Notes: a model not told the origin generated them from the letters alone. Counted from the stretch's first letter, positions 9,774-19,511 are shown. The stretch is 64,000 bases of DNA from an uncultured Candidatus Saccharibacteria bacterium (GCA_964514595.1 CAZEQZ010000002.1:185663-249662), one strand, 5' to 3'. Made by a program: numbers and translations.

Positions 9774-10418
9774 TCATAGTCCGAGAACTTTAACAACATT
9801 ATCATGTATCTCCTCTATCCCAGGATTAGCGTCTATTTCTATCAATATCCCTCTATTTCTATACTCCTCCAAGATGGGAGTTATCGTCCTGCCGTATTCC
9901 AAAAGCCTTTTCACTATCTTCTCGGGCTTGTCATCCTCCCTTTGAGAAAGAATCGTACCACATTTATCACAGTATCCATCCACTTTTTCCTTCTTATATT
10001 TAGTGTGGTATGTCGCATCACAATTAGTACACACCCTTCTTAAAGACATCCTTTCTATTGCAGCATCCTCTCCGAGGTTGAAATGTACAAAATAATCTAA
10101 TTTTTTACCACTTTGCTTGAGAAGATTATCAAACATAGGGATTTGCCCCTCTTCTCTTACAACGGAAACGAATACCCAATCTTTAGAATCATCATACTCG
10201 TTCAACCACCTGGACAACATTCTGTACACAAGTTCATTGGGAACAAACAATCCCTTTGACCAATATTGATGAGCCCTAATACCATCCATATCACCATTCG
10301 CATACATCTTCCGAAACATTTCACCTGTCCCAATACTTTGAAAATCATACTTGGATACAAGCAATTCAGCTTGAGTATCCTTACCTGAGCCAGACGGACC
10401 ATGAAAAAGAATAGTCAT
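9774..10418 (-). CDS. adk: Adenylate kinase with zinc-binding LID
   Basis: P-loop GPSGSGKDTQ; LID with CTNCDATYH...CDKCG. Confidence 0.92.
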   Translation of the reverse strand: MTILFHGPSGSGKDTQAELLVSKYDFQSIGTGEMFRKMYANGDMDGIRAHQYWSKGLFVPNELVYRMLSRWLNEYDDSKDWVFVSVVREEGQIPMFDNLLKQSGKKLDYFVHFNLGEDAAIERMSLRRVCTNCDATYHTKYKKEKVDGYCDKCGTILSQREDDKPEKIVKRLLEYGRTITPILEEYRNRGILIEIDANPGIEEIHDNVVKVLGL

Positions 10419-10528
10419 AGTTATACTACGTCGAGTTTATTTGAGAATATTGTATCACAAATAACTATCGAGTTAATGTCAACAAGAATTAATATGCTAT
10501 GGGCATTTAATATAAATTTAATTTTTAT

Positions 10529-11002
10529 ATGATAAAACTAAACATGAAGAGAATAAAAAATAAAAAGAATATGATTCTGCACGTTTACAACAGAGGGAAC
10601 CGGAAGGAAGAAATTTGCCTCGATAGAAAAGACTACATCTTTCTATACAATTTATTTTCTTACCACTTTCAACAAAATAATTTTGATTTATTGAGCTTTT
10701 GTATCTTACCAAACCATTACCATTTACTTGCTGTACAAAAAGGTAATGTCGACATTGCCGTCCCTATGCAGGGGATTGCAGCCAGATACACTAAATACTT
10801 CAACAAAAAATACGGCTATTGTGGACACTTATTTCAAGGTCCTTATCAATGTAAAACAATTCATAACATTTACCAGCTTCAAATAGCGTCCAATTACTTG
10901 AACAGCAATCTGCCCAAAACAAAGAGATCTTATCCATATTTATATTTTAATCAAACCATCACACATTTTTACATCTTGAATTTTCACCTAGCCTCTTTGT
11001 GA
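10529..11002 (+). mobile_element. IS200/IS605-family Y1 (HUH) tyrosine transposase, RAYT-like (REP-associated tyrosine transposase)
   Basis: LHVYNRGNRKEEIC motif; HUH motif LPNHYHLL; GHLFQGPYQCKTI; C-terminal helix with Tyr (ASNYLNSNLP). It lies on the strand opposite to the flanking secY and adk. Confidence 0.6.
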
Positions 11003-11081
11003 GCCCTCAAAGACCGATAGAATATTAAATTTCGACACTAAAATCTGTATAGTCCCCTACAAACCAACAAAACTCGCAAAG

Positions 11082-12347
11082 CTAGAGGTATTTATCGTAA
11101 CTCCTTACAGTCATCATAGACTCTATCTGTCTTTTGACATCCAATACTACCCCAACAACTATCAAGAGTCCTGTTCCAGAAAAAACCGCTGCGGAGATAA
11201 GCCCAGTTCTTACAAATACGTCGGGAAGAATAGATAATGTCGCTAAAAATATGGCACCTACCGCAGTTAGTCTGAAACTCACCCTCCTCAAATAGTTTGC
11301 CGTATTTTCTCCCGGTCTTATTCCTTGTATGAAAGCACCCTGTTTTTGAAGATTTTCAGCCAATTCCTCTGTTTTAAATACAACGGTTAGATAGAAGAAG
11401 GAGAATGCAACTATCAATAGAAACGACAGAGTATTAAAAAAATACGGATTTTCTAAAAGATTCATTACCGTATTTGTGAAATTTGTAATATTTGGATTAA
11501 TATCCTTACTTATTATGAATTTTCCTATCAGTTGAGGGAAAGATAGAAATGACATAGCAAATATGACCGGCATCACTCCTGATTGTGTTAGCTTGATGGG
11601 TATGTAGCTTTCCAAAGCTCCTCCCGCTCTTACTCTTCGGGAGTATTGTATTTTTATTTGCCTTTCTGCTTGGGTAATAATTATTACTGCTACAACAAGA
11701 ATTATAGAGAAAACAATGAAGACTGTTTTTTGAAAGGAATCCATAGTTAGGAAATTAGACCTCAAGGTTCCAGGGATACCCGAAAGTATACCAAGCATAA
11801 TAAGGTATGAAGATCCGCCTCCGAGACCATCTTCGGAGACTATCTCTCCAAACCACATCATCATTATAGATCCAGCTGTTAAAGTGGCTGACATTGTTAT
11901 CAATTCAAGAGTACCTAGAGTTTCTATTAGTCCAAATCCTCTTAGGGTGGAGTAAATTACAAAAGATTGGAGTATTGCTAATGGAACGGTCACTAATCTT
12001 GTGTACATAGATATTTTTCTTCTCCCCTCTGCTCCCTCTTTATTCAATTCTTCTAGCTGAGGAATAACTGTACCTAGTAATTGGAAAATGATGGAAGCAT
12101 TGATATATGGAGTTAACCCAATTGCCACTATTGATGCGGTTTCTAAGACTCCCCCAGAGACTGTGGATAGTATATCTCCAAATCCGGTGCCTTCAAATAA
12201 CTGTACAATTGCTTCAGCTGGGATTCCAGATACTGGAACAGCTGAGAGTATTCTATAAACAATAAGAATTAAAAGGGAGAAGATTATTTTTTCCCTTATT
12301 TCCTTAGTCCTAAATATGGCTTTAAATCTTTCCGTTATTTTGTTCAT
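11082..12347 (-). CDS. secY: Protein translocase subunit SecY
   Basis: A 421-aa protein with 10 TM helices and SecY family blocks; positioned after rplO. Confidence 0.92.
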   Translation of the reverse strand: MNKITERFKAIFRTKEIREKIIFSLLILIVYRILSAVPVSGIPAEAIVQLFEGTGFGDILSTVSGGVLETASIVAIGLTPYINASIIFQLLGTVIPQLEELNKEGAEGRRKISMYTRLVTVPLAILQSFVIYSTLRGFGLIETLGTLELITMSATLTAGSIMMMWFGEIVSEDGLGGGSSYLIMLGILSGIPGTLRSNFLTMDSFQKTVFIVFSIILVVAVIIITQAERQIKIQYSRRVRAGGALESYIPIKLTQSGVMPVIFAMSFLSFPQLIGKFIISKDINPNITNFTNTVMNLLENPYFFNTLSFLLIVAFSFFYLTVVFKTEELAENLQKQGAFIQGIRPGENTANYLRRVSFRLTAVGAIFLATLSILPDVFVRTGLISAAVFSGTGLLIVVGVVLDVKRQIESMMTVRSYDKYL

Positions 12348-12358
12348 TAGCTTTAAGA

Positions 12359-12802
12359 CTATTTAACACTACCTCCGGCCTTTACTATTTTCTCTTCCGC
12401 AACAGGAGACATCAAGATTCCCTCTATGGAAACTTTCTTTGAAATTTCTCCTCTTCCTAATATTTTTATTTCAGTACTATTTTTCTTAACCAAACCCTTT
12501 TCCTTCAAAATCTCGGGAGTTACTTTATCACCAGATTTAAAGTTTTCTGCCACTGTATCTATATTTATAACTTGGGTTTTTATATTAGATTTGCTTTTAA
12601 AGCCATTATATTTAGGCATTCTTCTATAAAAAGGGACATTCCCTCCTTCAAATGCAACTAAGGATTTGTGACCAGACCTTGATTTCTGTCCTTTGGTACC
12701 TCTGCCCACTGTATGTCCACCTACACCAGATCCGTATCCTCTTCCCAATCTTTTGGCCTTCTTTATTCTGTTTTTTCTTTTTGGAATGTTTTCTAGGTAC
12801 AT
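12359..12802 (-). CDS. rplO: 50S ribosomal protein L15
   Basis: GRGYGSGVGGHTVGRGTKGQKSRSG signature. Confidence 0.9.
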   Translation of the reverse strand: MYLENIPKRKNRIKKAKRLGRGYGSGVGGHTVGRGTKGQKSRSGHKSLVAFEGGNVPFYRRMPKYNGFKSKSNIKTQVINIDTVAENFKSGDKVTPEILKEKGLVKKNSTEIKILGRGEISKKVSIEGILMSPVAEEKIVKAGGSVK

Positions 12803-13443
12803 TATTTTCTATTTCTAACTTTAGTATTTCTGTCTTTACTTCTACCTTTGCTCTTCTTTTCTGACATTCTTTTGTTTCTTTCCTGTTTTCTCTTTTTTTC
12901 ATCTTTGATTTGCTTCTCCTTATCCATTTCTTCTTTCAGCACTATTCTCTCTCTCATTCTTTTCATTTTCTTAAGAACCCTATCTTTCTTTAGTTCTTGT
13001 AAAGCTTTGAATGTACAATATGCGTTTGCATTAGGTTCTGGGCTTCCAAGTATTTTGCCATATACATTATCTACTCCTGCCAATTCCAATACTGTTCTAA
13101 CAGAAGATCCTGCTATTATTCCTGTACCTGGTCTAGCTGGCCTTAGTAGAACTTGAGCTGCTCCATACTTATATAAAATCTCGTGTGGAATCGTATCTCC
13201 TATTAACTCTATTTTCTTAATAGCTTTGGTTGCCAATCGCTCTCCTTGCTCTATAGCACTTCTTACATCAGCTCCCCTTCCTAGTGCTACTCCTACTGAT
13301 CCCTTTCTATCACCTACTACTACTACTGTACTAAATCTCAATCTCTTCCCCCCTTTAGTTACCTTAGCGACTCTCCTCACTGGGAGGGCCCTTTTATCAA
13401 ATTCCTTATTTTCTTTATTTCTGTTTCTGAAATCTCTTTCCAT
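12802..13443 (-). CDS. rpsE: 30S ribosomal protein S5 with lysine-rich C-terminal extension of about 50 aa; there is no rpmD (L30) downstream
   Basis: S5 dsRBD and C-terminal domain (GKRLRFSTVVVVGDRKGSVGVALGRG...) then a KEEMDKEKQIKDEKKRKQERNKR... tail. Its stop overlaps the rplO start. Confidence 0.9.
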   Translation of the reverse strand: MERDFRNRNKENKEFDKRALPVRRVAKVTKGGKRLRFSTVVVVGDRKGSVGVALGRGADVRSAIEQGERLATKAIKKIELIGDTIPHEILYKYGAAQVLLRPARPGTGIIAGSSVRTVLELAGVDNVYGKILGSPEPNANAYCTFKALQELKKDRVLKKMKRMRERIVLKEEMDKEKQIKDEKKRKQERNKRMSEKKSKGRSKDRNTKVRNRK

Positions 13444-13453
13444 TTATACTTTT

Positions 13454-13780
13454 CTAAATATTAACTTTTTGTTTTCTTAATTCTTCGGCGAATGTTTTAA
13501 CTAAGCCGTGATATCTATACCCACTTCTATCAAATACTAAGCTCTCGCTTTTTATTGCTTCTTTAGCAAACTTTTTAGCCATAGCAATTATATCATCACT
13601 GTTCTTTTTACACATGTATGATTTGATTACTACACTTTTTACATCGTCCGCTAATCCTGCATAGAAATATTTATTACTTTTAAAAACAAATATCCTAGGC
13701 TTAGAAGATGTCCCTCGCACATTTTTCCTGATGTGTGTTTTTCTTCTTTCTCTTTTTTGTTGTCTAGATTTTCTTACCAT
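13454..13780 (-). CDS. rplR: 50S ribosomal protein L18
   Basis: PRIFVFKSNKYFYAGLADD...FDRSGYRYHG. Confidence 0.9.
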   Translation of the reverse strand: MVRKSRQQKRERRKTHIRKNVRGTSSKPRIFVFKSNKYFYAGLADDVKSVVIKSYMCKKNSDDIIAMAKKFAKEAIKSESLVFDRSGYRYHGLVKTFAEELRKQKVNI

Positions 13781-13797
13781 ATTTATTATTACTTACT

Positions 13798-14343
13798 TTA
13801 GTCCGACCCTAAATTAGATTTTGAGCTCTTTCTTCTGATATATTCGTTTTCATATCTAATACCTTTTCCTTTGTATGGTTCTGGTTTCTTTAATTCCCTT
13901 ATCTTGGCAGCAAACTCCCCTACTTTCTGTTTGTTAAATCCTTTAATTATTATTTTCGTTTCTTCAGGTACTTCTATTTGTATACCTTCCTCGGGTTCCA
14001 TCTCTACTGGATGATTTAATCCAAGACTCATGACCAACTTATTTCCCTCCATCCTAGCCCTATATCCCACTCCTACTAATTCCAATGTTTTTGTAAAACC
14101 ATCCTTCACACCTTCTACTGCATTACTCAACAACATTCTGTAGGTACCGTAGTTTGATCTATCCTGTTTAGTTTCCCCTTTCAAAACAATTGTAGCTGAG
14201 TTTTCTTTCACTTCCACATCTATTCCCTCTGGTATGGTTATATTTATCTCTCCCAAAGGACCTCTGACTGAGATTATACTTCCTTCCTTACTTACGGTCA
14301 CCCCTTCTTTAATTGTTACTTCTTGTTCTCCTATTCTAGACAT
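13798..14343 (-). CDS. rplF: 50S ribosomal protein L6
   Basis: Two L6 alpha/beta repeats, VRGPLGE motif. Confidence 0.9.
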   Translation of the reverse strand: MSRIGEQEVTIKEGVTVSKEGSIISVRGPLGEINITIPEGIDVEVKENSATIVLKGETKQDRSNYGTYRMLLSNAVEGVKDGFTKTLELVGVGYRARMEGNKLVMSLGLNHPVEMEPEEGIQIEVPEETKIIIKGFNKQKVGEFAAKIRELKKPEPYKGKGIRYENEYIRRKSSKSNLGSD

Positions 14344-14346
14344 TTA

Positions 14347-14730
14347 TTACCAAATTTGACATATTAATTCTCCACCTAGTTTCTTACTCTTAGCCATAGC
14401 TCCAGACATAATTCCACTTGACGTACTAATTATCGATATTCCTCTACCATTCATAACTGGTTTAATCTCATTATGAGTTACATATATTCTTTGCCCTGGT
14501 TTACTAACCTTTTTAAGAGATGCTATGACTGATTCGTTTTCATCATATTTAAGAACCACTTCTACATATCTTTCTCCCTCATTAACTAAAAAGTCACTTA
14601 TCATCTCTTCCTGTTTTAGTACTTTCAAAATTTCGATATTCATCTTCGTGTTAGGAACATTTACCTCTTCTTTTTTCCTCATTATTGCATTTTGTATTCT
14701 TGCTAACATATCTGCTATTGTATCGTTCAT
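14347..14730 (-). CDS. rpsH: 30S ribosomal protein S8
   Basis: MNDTIADMLARIQNA... N-terminus and GGELICQIW C-terminus. Confidence 0.9.
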   Translation of the reverse strand: MNDTIADMLARIQNAIMRKKEEVNVPNTKMNIEILKVLKQEEMISDFLVNEGERYVEVVLKYDENESVIASLKKVSKPGQRIYVTHNEIKPVMNGRGISIISTSSGIMSGAMAKSKKLGGELICQIW

Positions 14731-14750
14731 TCTTTTTTACCTTAAATTAA

Positions 14751-14945
14751 TTACCAAATAGATTTCTTAACTCCTGGGATTTTACCCTCACTAGCTAATT
14801 TCCTAAAACATATCCTACAAAGACCATAATGCCTCATATATCCCCTAGCCCTGCCACATAATTCACATCTGTTGTGAACTCTTGTGCTAAACTTTGAGCT
14901 TTTCTTTAATTTTCTTGCTTTGTATTCTTTAGCTTCTGTTGACAT
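14751..14945 (-). CDS. rpsN: 30S ribosomal protein S14 type Z (zinc-binding, about 64 aa); start moved to the internal Met to avoid overlap with rplE
   Basis: [38 protein letters not shown] matches the Zn-ribbon of type-Z S14. Confidence 0.85.
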   Translation of the reverse strand: MSTEAKEYKARKLKKSSKFSTRVHNRCELCGRARGYMRHYGLCRICFRKLASEGKIPGVKKSIW

Positions 14946-15483
14946 CTTTTCTAAAAGGGAATCCAAATTTATCTAAAAGAACTCTTGCGTCTTCATCATT
15001 CTTTGATGTCGTAACGATTGTAACCTGCAAACTTCTCACTTTTGTTACATTATTAGGATCTATTTCTATAAATACTGTATGATCTTCAATACCAATTGTG
15101 TAGTTACCTGCACCATCAAAAGAGTTAGGACTTAATCCTCTGAAGTCTTTTGTTCTGGGTAATACTATATTTACCAGTTTATCAAAAAACTCCCACATCC
15201 TTTTACCTCTTAATGTTACAGATACACCTACCTCCATTCCCTGCCTTACTTTGAATGCAGATATAGCTTTCTTAGCTTTGTTTACAACAGGTTTCTGTCC
15301 AGTTATCAACGTTAACATTTCTATTATTTCTTCTAAAGCAGCACCATTTGATACTGCCTCTCCTGCACCCACATTTACTATTATTTTCTCTAGTGTGGGT
15401 ACTCGCATAGGATTATCCCATCCTTTATCTTTCATTATCTCCTTTTTTATTTTTTTATTGTATTCTTCTATTAACCTTGGCAT
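14929..15483 (-). CDS. rplE: 50S ribosomal protein L5
   Basis: [13 protein letters not shown]... and [13 protein letters not shown]. Confidence 0.9.
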   Translation of the reverse strand: MPRLIEEYNKKIKKEIMKDKGWDNPMRVPTLEKIIVNVGAGEAVSNGAALEEIIEMLTLITGQKPVVNKAKKAISAFKVRQGMEVGVSVTLRGKRMWEFFDKLVNIVLPRTKDFRGLSPNSFDGAGNYTIGIEDHTVFIEIDPNNVTKVRSLQVTIVTTSKNDEDARVLLDKFGFPFRKDVNRS

Positions 15484-15899
15484 TACTCTTTCTTACTTTT
15501 TGATTTAGATTTACTTTTCTTAGTTGTCGATTTCTTCGCTACAGCTTTCTTCTCAACTTTTTTAATTTCTTTCTTCTCCTCGACTGCTGTTTTCTCCATA
15601 CTCTTACCACATTTTTTACATATTCTCTCTATTTCTTTTCCATTTTTGTTTATTCCAACTTTTGTGGGCTTATCACAAGATGGACAAACCAACATAACCT
15701 TAGACAGAGGAAATGGTTTTTCCACCGTTACTATCTCCGATGTCCTTGTCTTACCATCTCCTTTGAGATGCCTTTTGTAAAGGTTCAAGCCTTCTACTAC
15801 AACTCTGTCTCTCTTCATATCAACAGCAACCACAGGACCTCTCTTCCCTCTTTCCTTCCCGTATAGTATTTTTACTGTGTCTCCTTTTTTAATCTTCAT
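15483..15899 (-). CDS. rplX: 50S ribosomal protein L24 (KOW domain) with C-terminal CxxC...CxxC zinc-ribbon and K/S-rich tail
   Basis: KIKKGDTVKILYGKERGKRGPVVAV KOW core, then CPSCDKPTKVGINKNGKEIERICKKCGKSM and KSKSKSKSKKE. Confidence 0.88.
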   Translation of the reverse strand: MKIKKGDTVKILYGKERGKRGPVVAVDMKRDRVVVEGLNLYKRHLKGDGKTRTSEIVTVEKPFPLSKVMLVCPSCDKPTKVGINKNGKEIERICKKCGKSMEKTAVEEKKEIKKVEKKAVAKKSTTKKSKSKSKSKKE

Positions 15900-15913
15900 A
15901 TTATTAATTCTAA

Positions 15914-16285
15914 TTAAAGTACCTCCGGTGCAAGAGAAACTATTTTATCAAAACCTTTCTCTTTTAATTCCCTTGCGACTGGTCCAAATATTCTTGTTCC
16001 TTTCGGTGCTTTATTCTTAGGATCTATTATCACCAAAGCATTATCATCAAATCTAACATATGTGCCATCTTTTCTTTTCATTTCCTTGTGTGTCCTTACT
16101 ATCACAGCCTTTTGTACTTCGTGCCTTTTTATACCAGTATTAGGCAGGGCTTTTTGTACCGCTACAGCAACAATATCTCCTACTTTCGCATACCTTCTTT
16201 TTGAAGCTCCAGGTATACCTATTATCTTGGCTATCTTGGCTCCGCTATTATCTGCTACTTTTAGATTTGATTCTCTCTGTATCAT
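15914..16285 (-). CDS. rplN: 50S ribosomal protein L14
   Basis: [17 protein letters not shown]... signature. Confidence 0.92.
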   Translation of the reverse strand: MIQRESNLKVADNSGAKIAKIIGIPGASKRRYAKVGDIVAVAVQKALPNTGIKRHEVQKAVIVRTHKEMKRKDGTYVRFDDNALVIIDPKNKAPKGTRIFGPVARELKEKGFDKIVSLAPEVL

Positions 16286-16287
16286 AT

Positions 16288-16545
16288 TTATTCCTCCTTA
16301 CTTATTACTAACCATCTTACTTTCTTAGAGTATGGCCTACTTTCTCTTATTGTCACAACATCATTCACATTTAGTTCCATATCCGTATGAGCAAAGTATA
16401 CTTTCTTCCTTTTTACAACTTTTTTGTATACAGGATGAGCTTCTACAGTATCAACCCTAACCTTAACGGTTTTCTGCATTTTGTTGCCTATCACTACTCC
16501 CTTTATTTCTCTTTTTTTACCTATCTTTTTTATTTCTTTCTCCAT
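16288..16545 (-). CDS. rpsQ: 30S ribosomal protein S17
   Basis: An 85-aa OB-fold protein ([16 protein letters not shown]...[15 protein letters not shown]). Confidence 0.9.
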   Translation of the reverse strand: MEKEIKKIGKKREIKGVVIGNKMQKTVKVRVDTVEAHPVYKKVVKRKKVYFAHTDMELNVNDVVTIRESRPYSKKVRWLVISKEE

Positions 16546-16602
16546 ATCTTTTTTATTTAAATAACGGCTTGTATTCTATCAATTATTGTTATTATACTCA
16601 AG

Positions 16603-17016
16603 CTATATCTCAGTCCTTTCAACAAACTTAGTCTTTACTGACAACTTATGTCCAGCTAATTTCAATGCATCTCTGGCTGATTTTTCATCTATTCCTCCTA
16701 TTTCTACTAAAATCGTTCCAGGATTTACAACTGCAACATAGCCCTCTACAGCTCCTTTTCCTCCCAACATCTTACTGTTTGCAGACTTTTGAGTATATGG
16801 CTTGTGAGGAAATACCTTTATCCAAACTCTTCCCTTTCTTTTCGTAAAGCCAGTCATCGCTCTCCTAGCAGCTTCTAACTCTCTTGCATTTATCCAACCG
16901 TTTTCCATAGATTTGAGTCCGTACTCTCCGAAATGAACTCTATTATTGGCAGATGCTACACCTCCCATCTTCCCCCTCATTTCTTTTCTGTATTTTCTTT
17001 TTTTAGGCTGTAACAT
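16603..17016 (-). CDS. rplP: 50S ribosomal protein L16
   Basis: MLQPKKRKYRKEMRG... N-terminus; standard 137-aa length. Confidence 0.9.
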   Translation of the reverse strand: MLQPKKRKYRKEMRGKMGGVASANNRVHFGEYGLKSMENGWINARELEAARRAMTGFTKRKGRVWIKVFPHKPYTQKSANSKMLGGKGAVEGYVAVVNPGTILVEIGGIDEKSARDALKLAGHKLSVKTKFVERTEI

Positions 17017-17033
17017 AGCTTTATATTAATATA

Positions 17034-17681
17034 TTATTCTTCTCTATCTATATCTTTTTTATCCCCTCTATATATCCATACCTTTACTCCCATCAATCCG
17101 GCATCAGCTGTGTTGGCAATTTCATTAGCATAATCCACGTCTGCACGAAGTGTTTGAGCTGGAACAGAGCCGGCAGAAGCTTTTACTGTTCTTGCTTGAC
17201 TAGCGTTATTTATTCTTCCAGCTACCCATATCCTCAAACCTTTAGCTCCGGATTGCATTATTTTCTCCTTAGCTGCGGCAACCAGTAACTTGGAAGGTTG
17301 TCTTCTTTCTATACCATCTGCTATTGATCTAGCAACTATTCTAGCTGACAGATCTGCTTTCTTAACCTCCCTCACTTTAAGTTCTACGTCTGATTGAGTA
17401 ATTCTTCTTAATTCCTTCTGTAGCATATCAATGCCCTCTCCACCTCTTCCTATGGCAACACCAGGTCTAGCAACATATGCTATTACTTCAATCTTATTTA
17501 AAGATTTGTGTACCTTAATACTATCCAATCCTGCGTCCTTCATAGCATCTCTAACCTTTTCCTTAATCAATATATCCTGTGCCAAGGACTTAGGATACTC
17601 CTTTTTATTAGAGTACCAAACAGAATCCCATGTTCTGTTAATTCCCATTCTTATAGCTTTTGGATTTACTTTTCTTCCCAT
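17034..17681 (-). CDS. rpsC: 30S ribosomal protein S3
   Basis: MGRKVNPKAIRMGINRTWDSVWYS and a KH domain. Confidence 0.92.
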   Translation of the reverse strand: MGRKVNPKAIRMGINRTWDSVWYSNKKEYPKSLAQDILIKEKVRDAMKDAGLDSIKVHKSLNKIEVIAYVARPGVAIGRGGEGIDMLQKELRRITQSDVELKVREVKKADLSARIVARSIADGIERRQPSKLLVAAAKEKIMQSGAKGLRIWVAGRINNASQARTVKASAGSVPAQTLRADVDYANEIANTADAGLMGVKVWIYRGDKKDIDREE

Positions 17682-17683
17682 AA

Positions 17684-18025
17684 TTATTTAACTTTTAATT
17701 CTAAATACAAATTAGATCTTCTTTTATTTATAACTGACACCCTACCTCTAGAAGCAAATCTTGTTCTTTTTAATGTTCTTGCCTCTCCAACCTCTATATT
17801 ACTTATGTCCAAATTTTCCTTATCTACACCATGTACCTCCCTTGCATTAGCTACACCTGAAAGAATTGCCTTAATTACGGTATCTTTACCCTTTCTCTGT
17901 ATTAGGCTCAATATATCTAGCGCTTCTTCAACACTCTTCCCCCTTACAGTATCAGCTACTAGCCTTAATTTGAGTGCTGATTGTGCTATATTCTTTACTT
18001 TTACTTTTACTATTTTTTCGTCCAT
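17684..18025 (-). CDS. rplV: 50S ribosomal protein L22
   Basis: L22 fold signature (AQSALKLRLVADTVRGKSVEEALDIL). Confidence 0.9.
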   Translation of the reverse strand: MDEKIVKVKVKNIAQSALKLRLVADTVRGKSVEEALDILSLIQRKGKDTVIKAILSGVANAREVHGVDKENLDISNIEVGEARTLKRTRFASRGRVSVINKRRSNLYLELKVK

Positions 18026-18041
18026 ATTTTTATTTATTTAA

Positions 18042-18347
18042 TTACTCTTCAAATCTACCTGTACTACCGTATACTTTAGACAGTTTTCCTTTCTTAGCAT
18101 GTCCTCTAAATTTTCTTGTTTGAGAAAACTCTCCTAATCTATGTCCTATCATTGATTCTATAATTAATACTTCTTCATGTTTTTTACCATTGTGTACCAA
18201 GAATTTCATCCCTACCATTTCTGGTGTTATGGTAGATGCTCTGGCCCAAGTTTTAATAGGGGACATATTACCCTCAGCTTTGGCTTTGATAATCTTTTTC
18301 ATCAATTTTTCGTCTGTATATGGTCCTTTCTTTAATGATCTAGACAT
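18042..18347 (-). CDS. rpsS: 30S ribosomal protein S19
   Basis: [15 protein letters not shown]...[11 protein letters not shown]...[11 protein letters not shown]. Confidence 0.92.
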   Translation of the reverse strand: MSRSLKKGPYTDEKLMKKIIKAKAEGNMSPIKTWARASTITPEMVGMKFLVHNGKKHEEVLIIESMIGHRLGEFSQTRKFRGHAKKGKLSKVYGSTGRFEE

Positions 18348-18364
18348 AATTAAAAATCAATAAT

Positions 18365-19216
18365 TTATTTTTTAGCAAATGGTCTATTTTTAGTTCTTCT
18401 CCTTTTAACAATGAACTTTTCTGTTCTCTTATTCTTTCTTGTCCTTGTACCTATTCTATTTCCCCAAATATCTTTAGCCTGGCCTCCAACCTGTCCTTTA
18501 CCTTCTCCACCTCCATGTGGATGCTCTACTGCATGCATCGCCATACCCCTAACCTCTGGCCTCCATCCCAAGTTCCTTTTCCTACCTGCCTTCCCTAACT
18601 TAACATTCAACTTATCCTCATTACTTACCTGTCCAACAGTTGCCATACATTCTGCATATATCAATCTTATCTCCCCAGATGGCATCTTCACTTGCATATA
18701 CTTCCCCGACGTGTCTGGACCTTGTACTACAATTGCTTCTCCCGCCGACCTTCCATATTTTGCACCTCTTCCAGGATAGTCTTCTACACAGTGTACTGTG
18801 GTACCTGATGGTATATTTTTGATCATCATGGCATTCCCAGGCAATACATCTGCTTTCTCTGCAGACAGAATCTTATCCCCTATTTTAATCCCACGAGGAG
18901 CAATTATATACCTTTTTTCTCCATCAGCATACTGCAGAAGGGCCAAATGTGCTGTTCTGTTAGGATCAAAATAGAAACCTAACACTTTTGCAGGAATATT
19001 ATGTTTATCCCTCTTAAAATCAACAATCCTTACTCTCCTCTTGAAGCCACCACCTCTATGCCTAATGGTTATCTTACCTTGATTATTCCTTCCAGATCTC
19101 TGTTTTTTGGATACAGATAGCTTTCTAGGACCAGAGATCTTACTTAACTTTGATCTATCTTCTAGTTTTGTTTTTCTTCTCGTCGAAGTTGTGGGTTTAA
19201 ATGCTCTAACTGCCAT
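18365..19216 (-). CDS. rplB: 50S ribosomal protein L2
   Basis: A 283-aa protein with the conserved GRNNQGKITIRHRGGGFKRR and MHAVEHPHGGGEGK blocks. Confidence 0.92.
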   Translation of the reverse strand: MAVRAFKPTTSTRRKTKLEDRSKLSKISGPRKLSVSKKQRSGRNNQGKITIRHRGGGFKRRVRIVDFKRDKHNIPAKVLGFYFDPNRTAHLALLQYADGEKRYIIAPRGIKIGDKILSAEKADVLPGNAMMIKNIPSGTTVHCVEDYPGRGAKYGRSAGEAIVVQGPDTSGKYMQVKMPSGEIRLIYAECMATVGQVSNEDKLNVKLGKAGRKRNLGWRPEVRGMAMHAVEHPHGGGEGKGQVGGQAKDIWGNRIGTRTRKNKRTEKFIVKRRRTKNRPFAKK

Positions 19217-19217
19217 A

Positions 19218-19511
19218 TTATCCTTTCAAAAATTCATCTATTTTATCTCCCTTTTTAAGAGTTACTATTATTTTCAAATTGTCAGCTTTTCTACTAAATT
19301 TATTACTTCTCAAATCTCTTTTCAATTTACCTGGTCTAACAATACTATTCATATTAACTACCTTAACCTTGTATTTCTCTTCAACTGCCTTTGCCAACTC
19401 TATTTTATTTACTCCCCTAGGGACTAAAAATGTATATTTATTTAAAGCATTTGCCATAGCATAGCTTTTTTCAGATATAACTGGTTGTATTGCTATTTCT
19501 TTATTTCTCAT
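19218..19511 (-). CDS. rplW: 50S ribosomal protein L23
   Basis: QPVISEKSY...KYTFLVPRGVNKIELAKAVEEKYKVKV. Confidence 0.88.
   Translation of the reverse strand: MRNKEIAIQPVISEKSYAMANALNKYTFLVPRGVNKIELAKAVEEKYKVKVVNMNSIVRPGKLKRDLRSNKFSRKADNLKIIVTLKKGDKIDEFLKG

Noticed and set aside
10518-10712. 64-aa minus-strand ORF antisense to the transposase
   Set aside because: Entirely inside the better-supported HUH transposase ORF on the other strand.
12648-12902. 84-aa minus-strand ORF rich in K/E/R overlapping the rplO start and rpsE end
   Set aside because: Alternate-frame read of the lysine-rich S5 tail and L15 N-terminus; it is fully overlapped by the two real genes.
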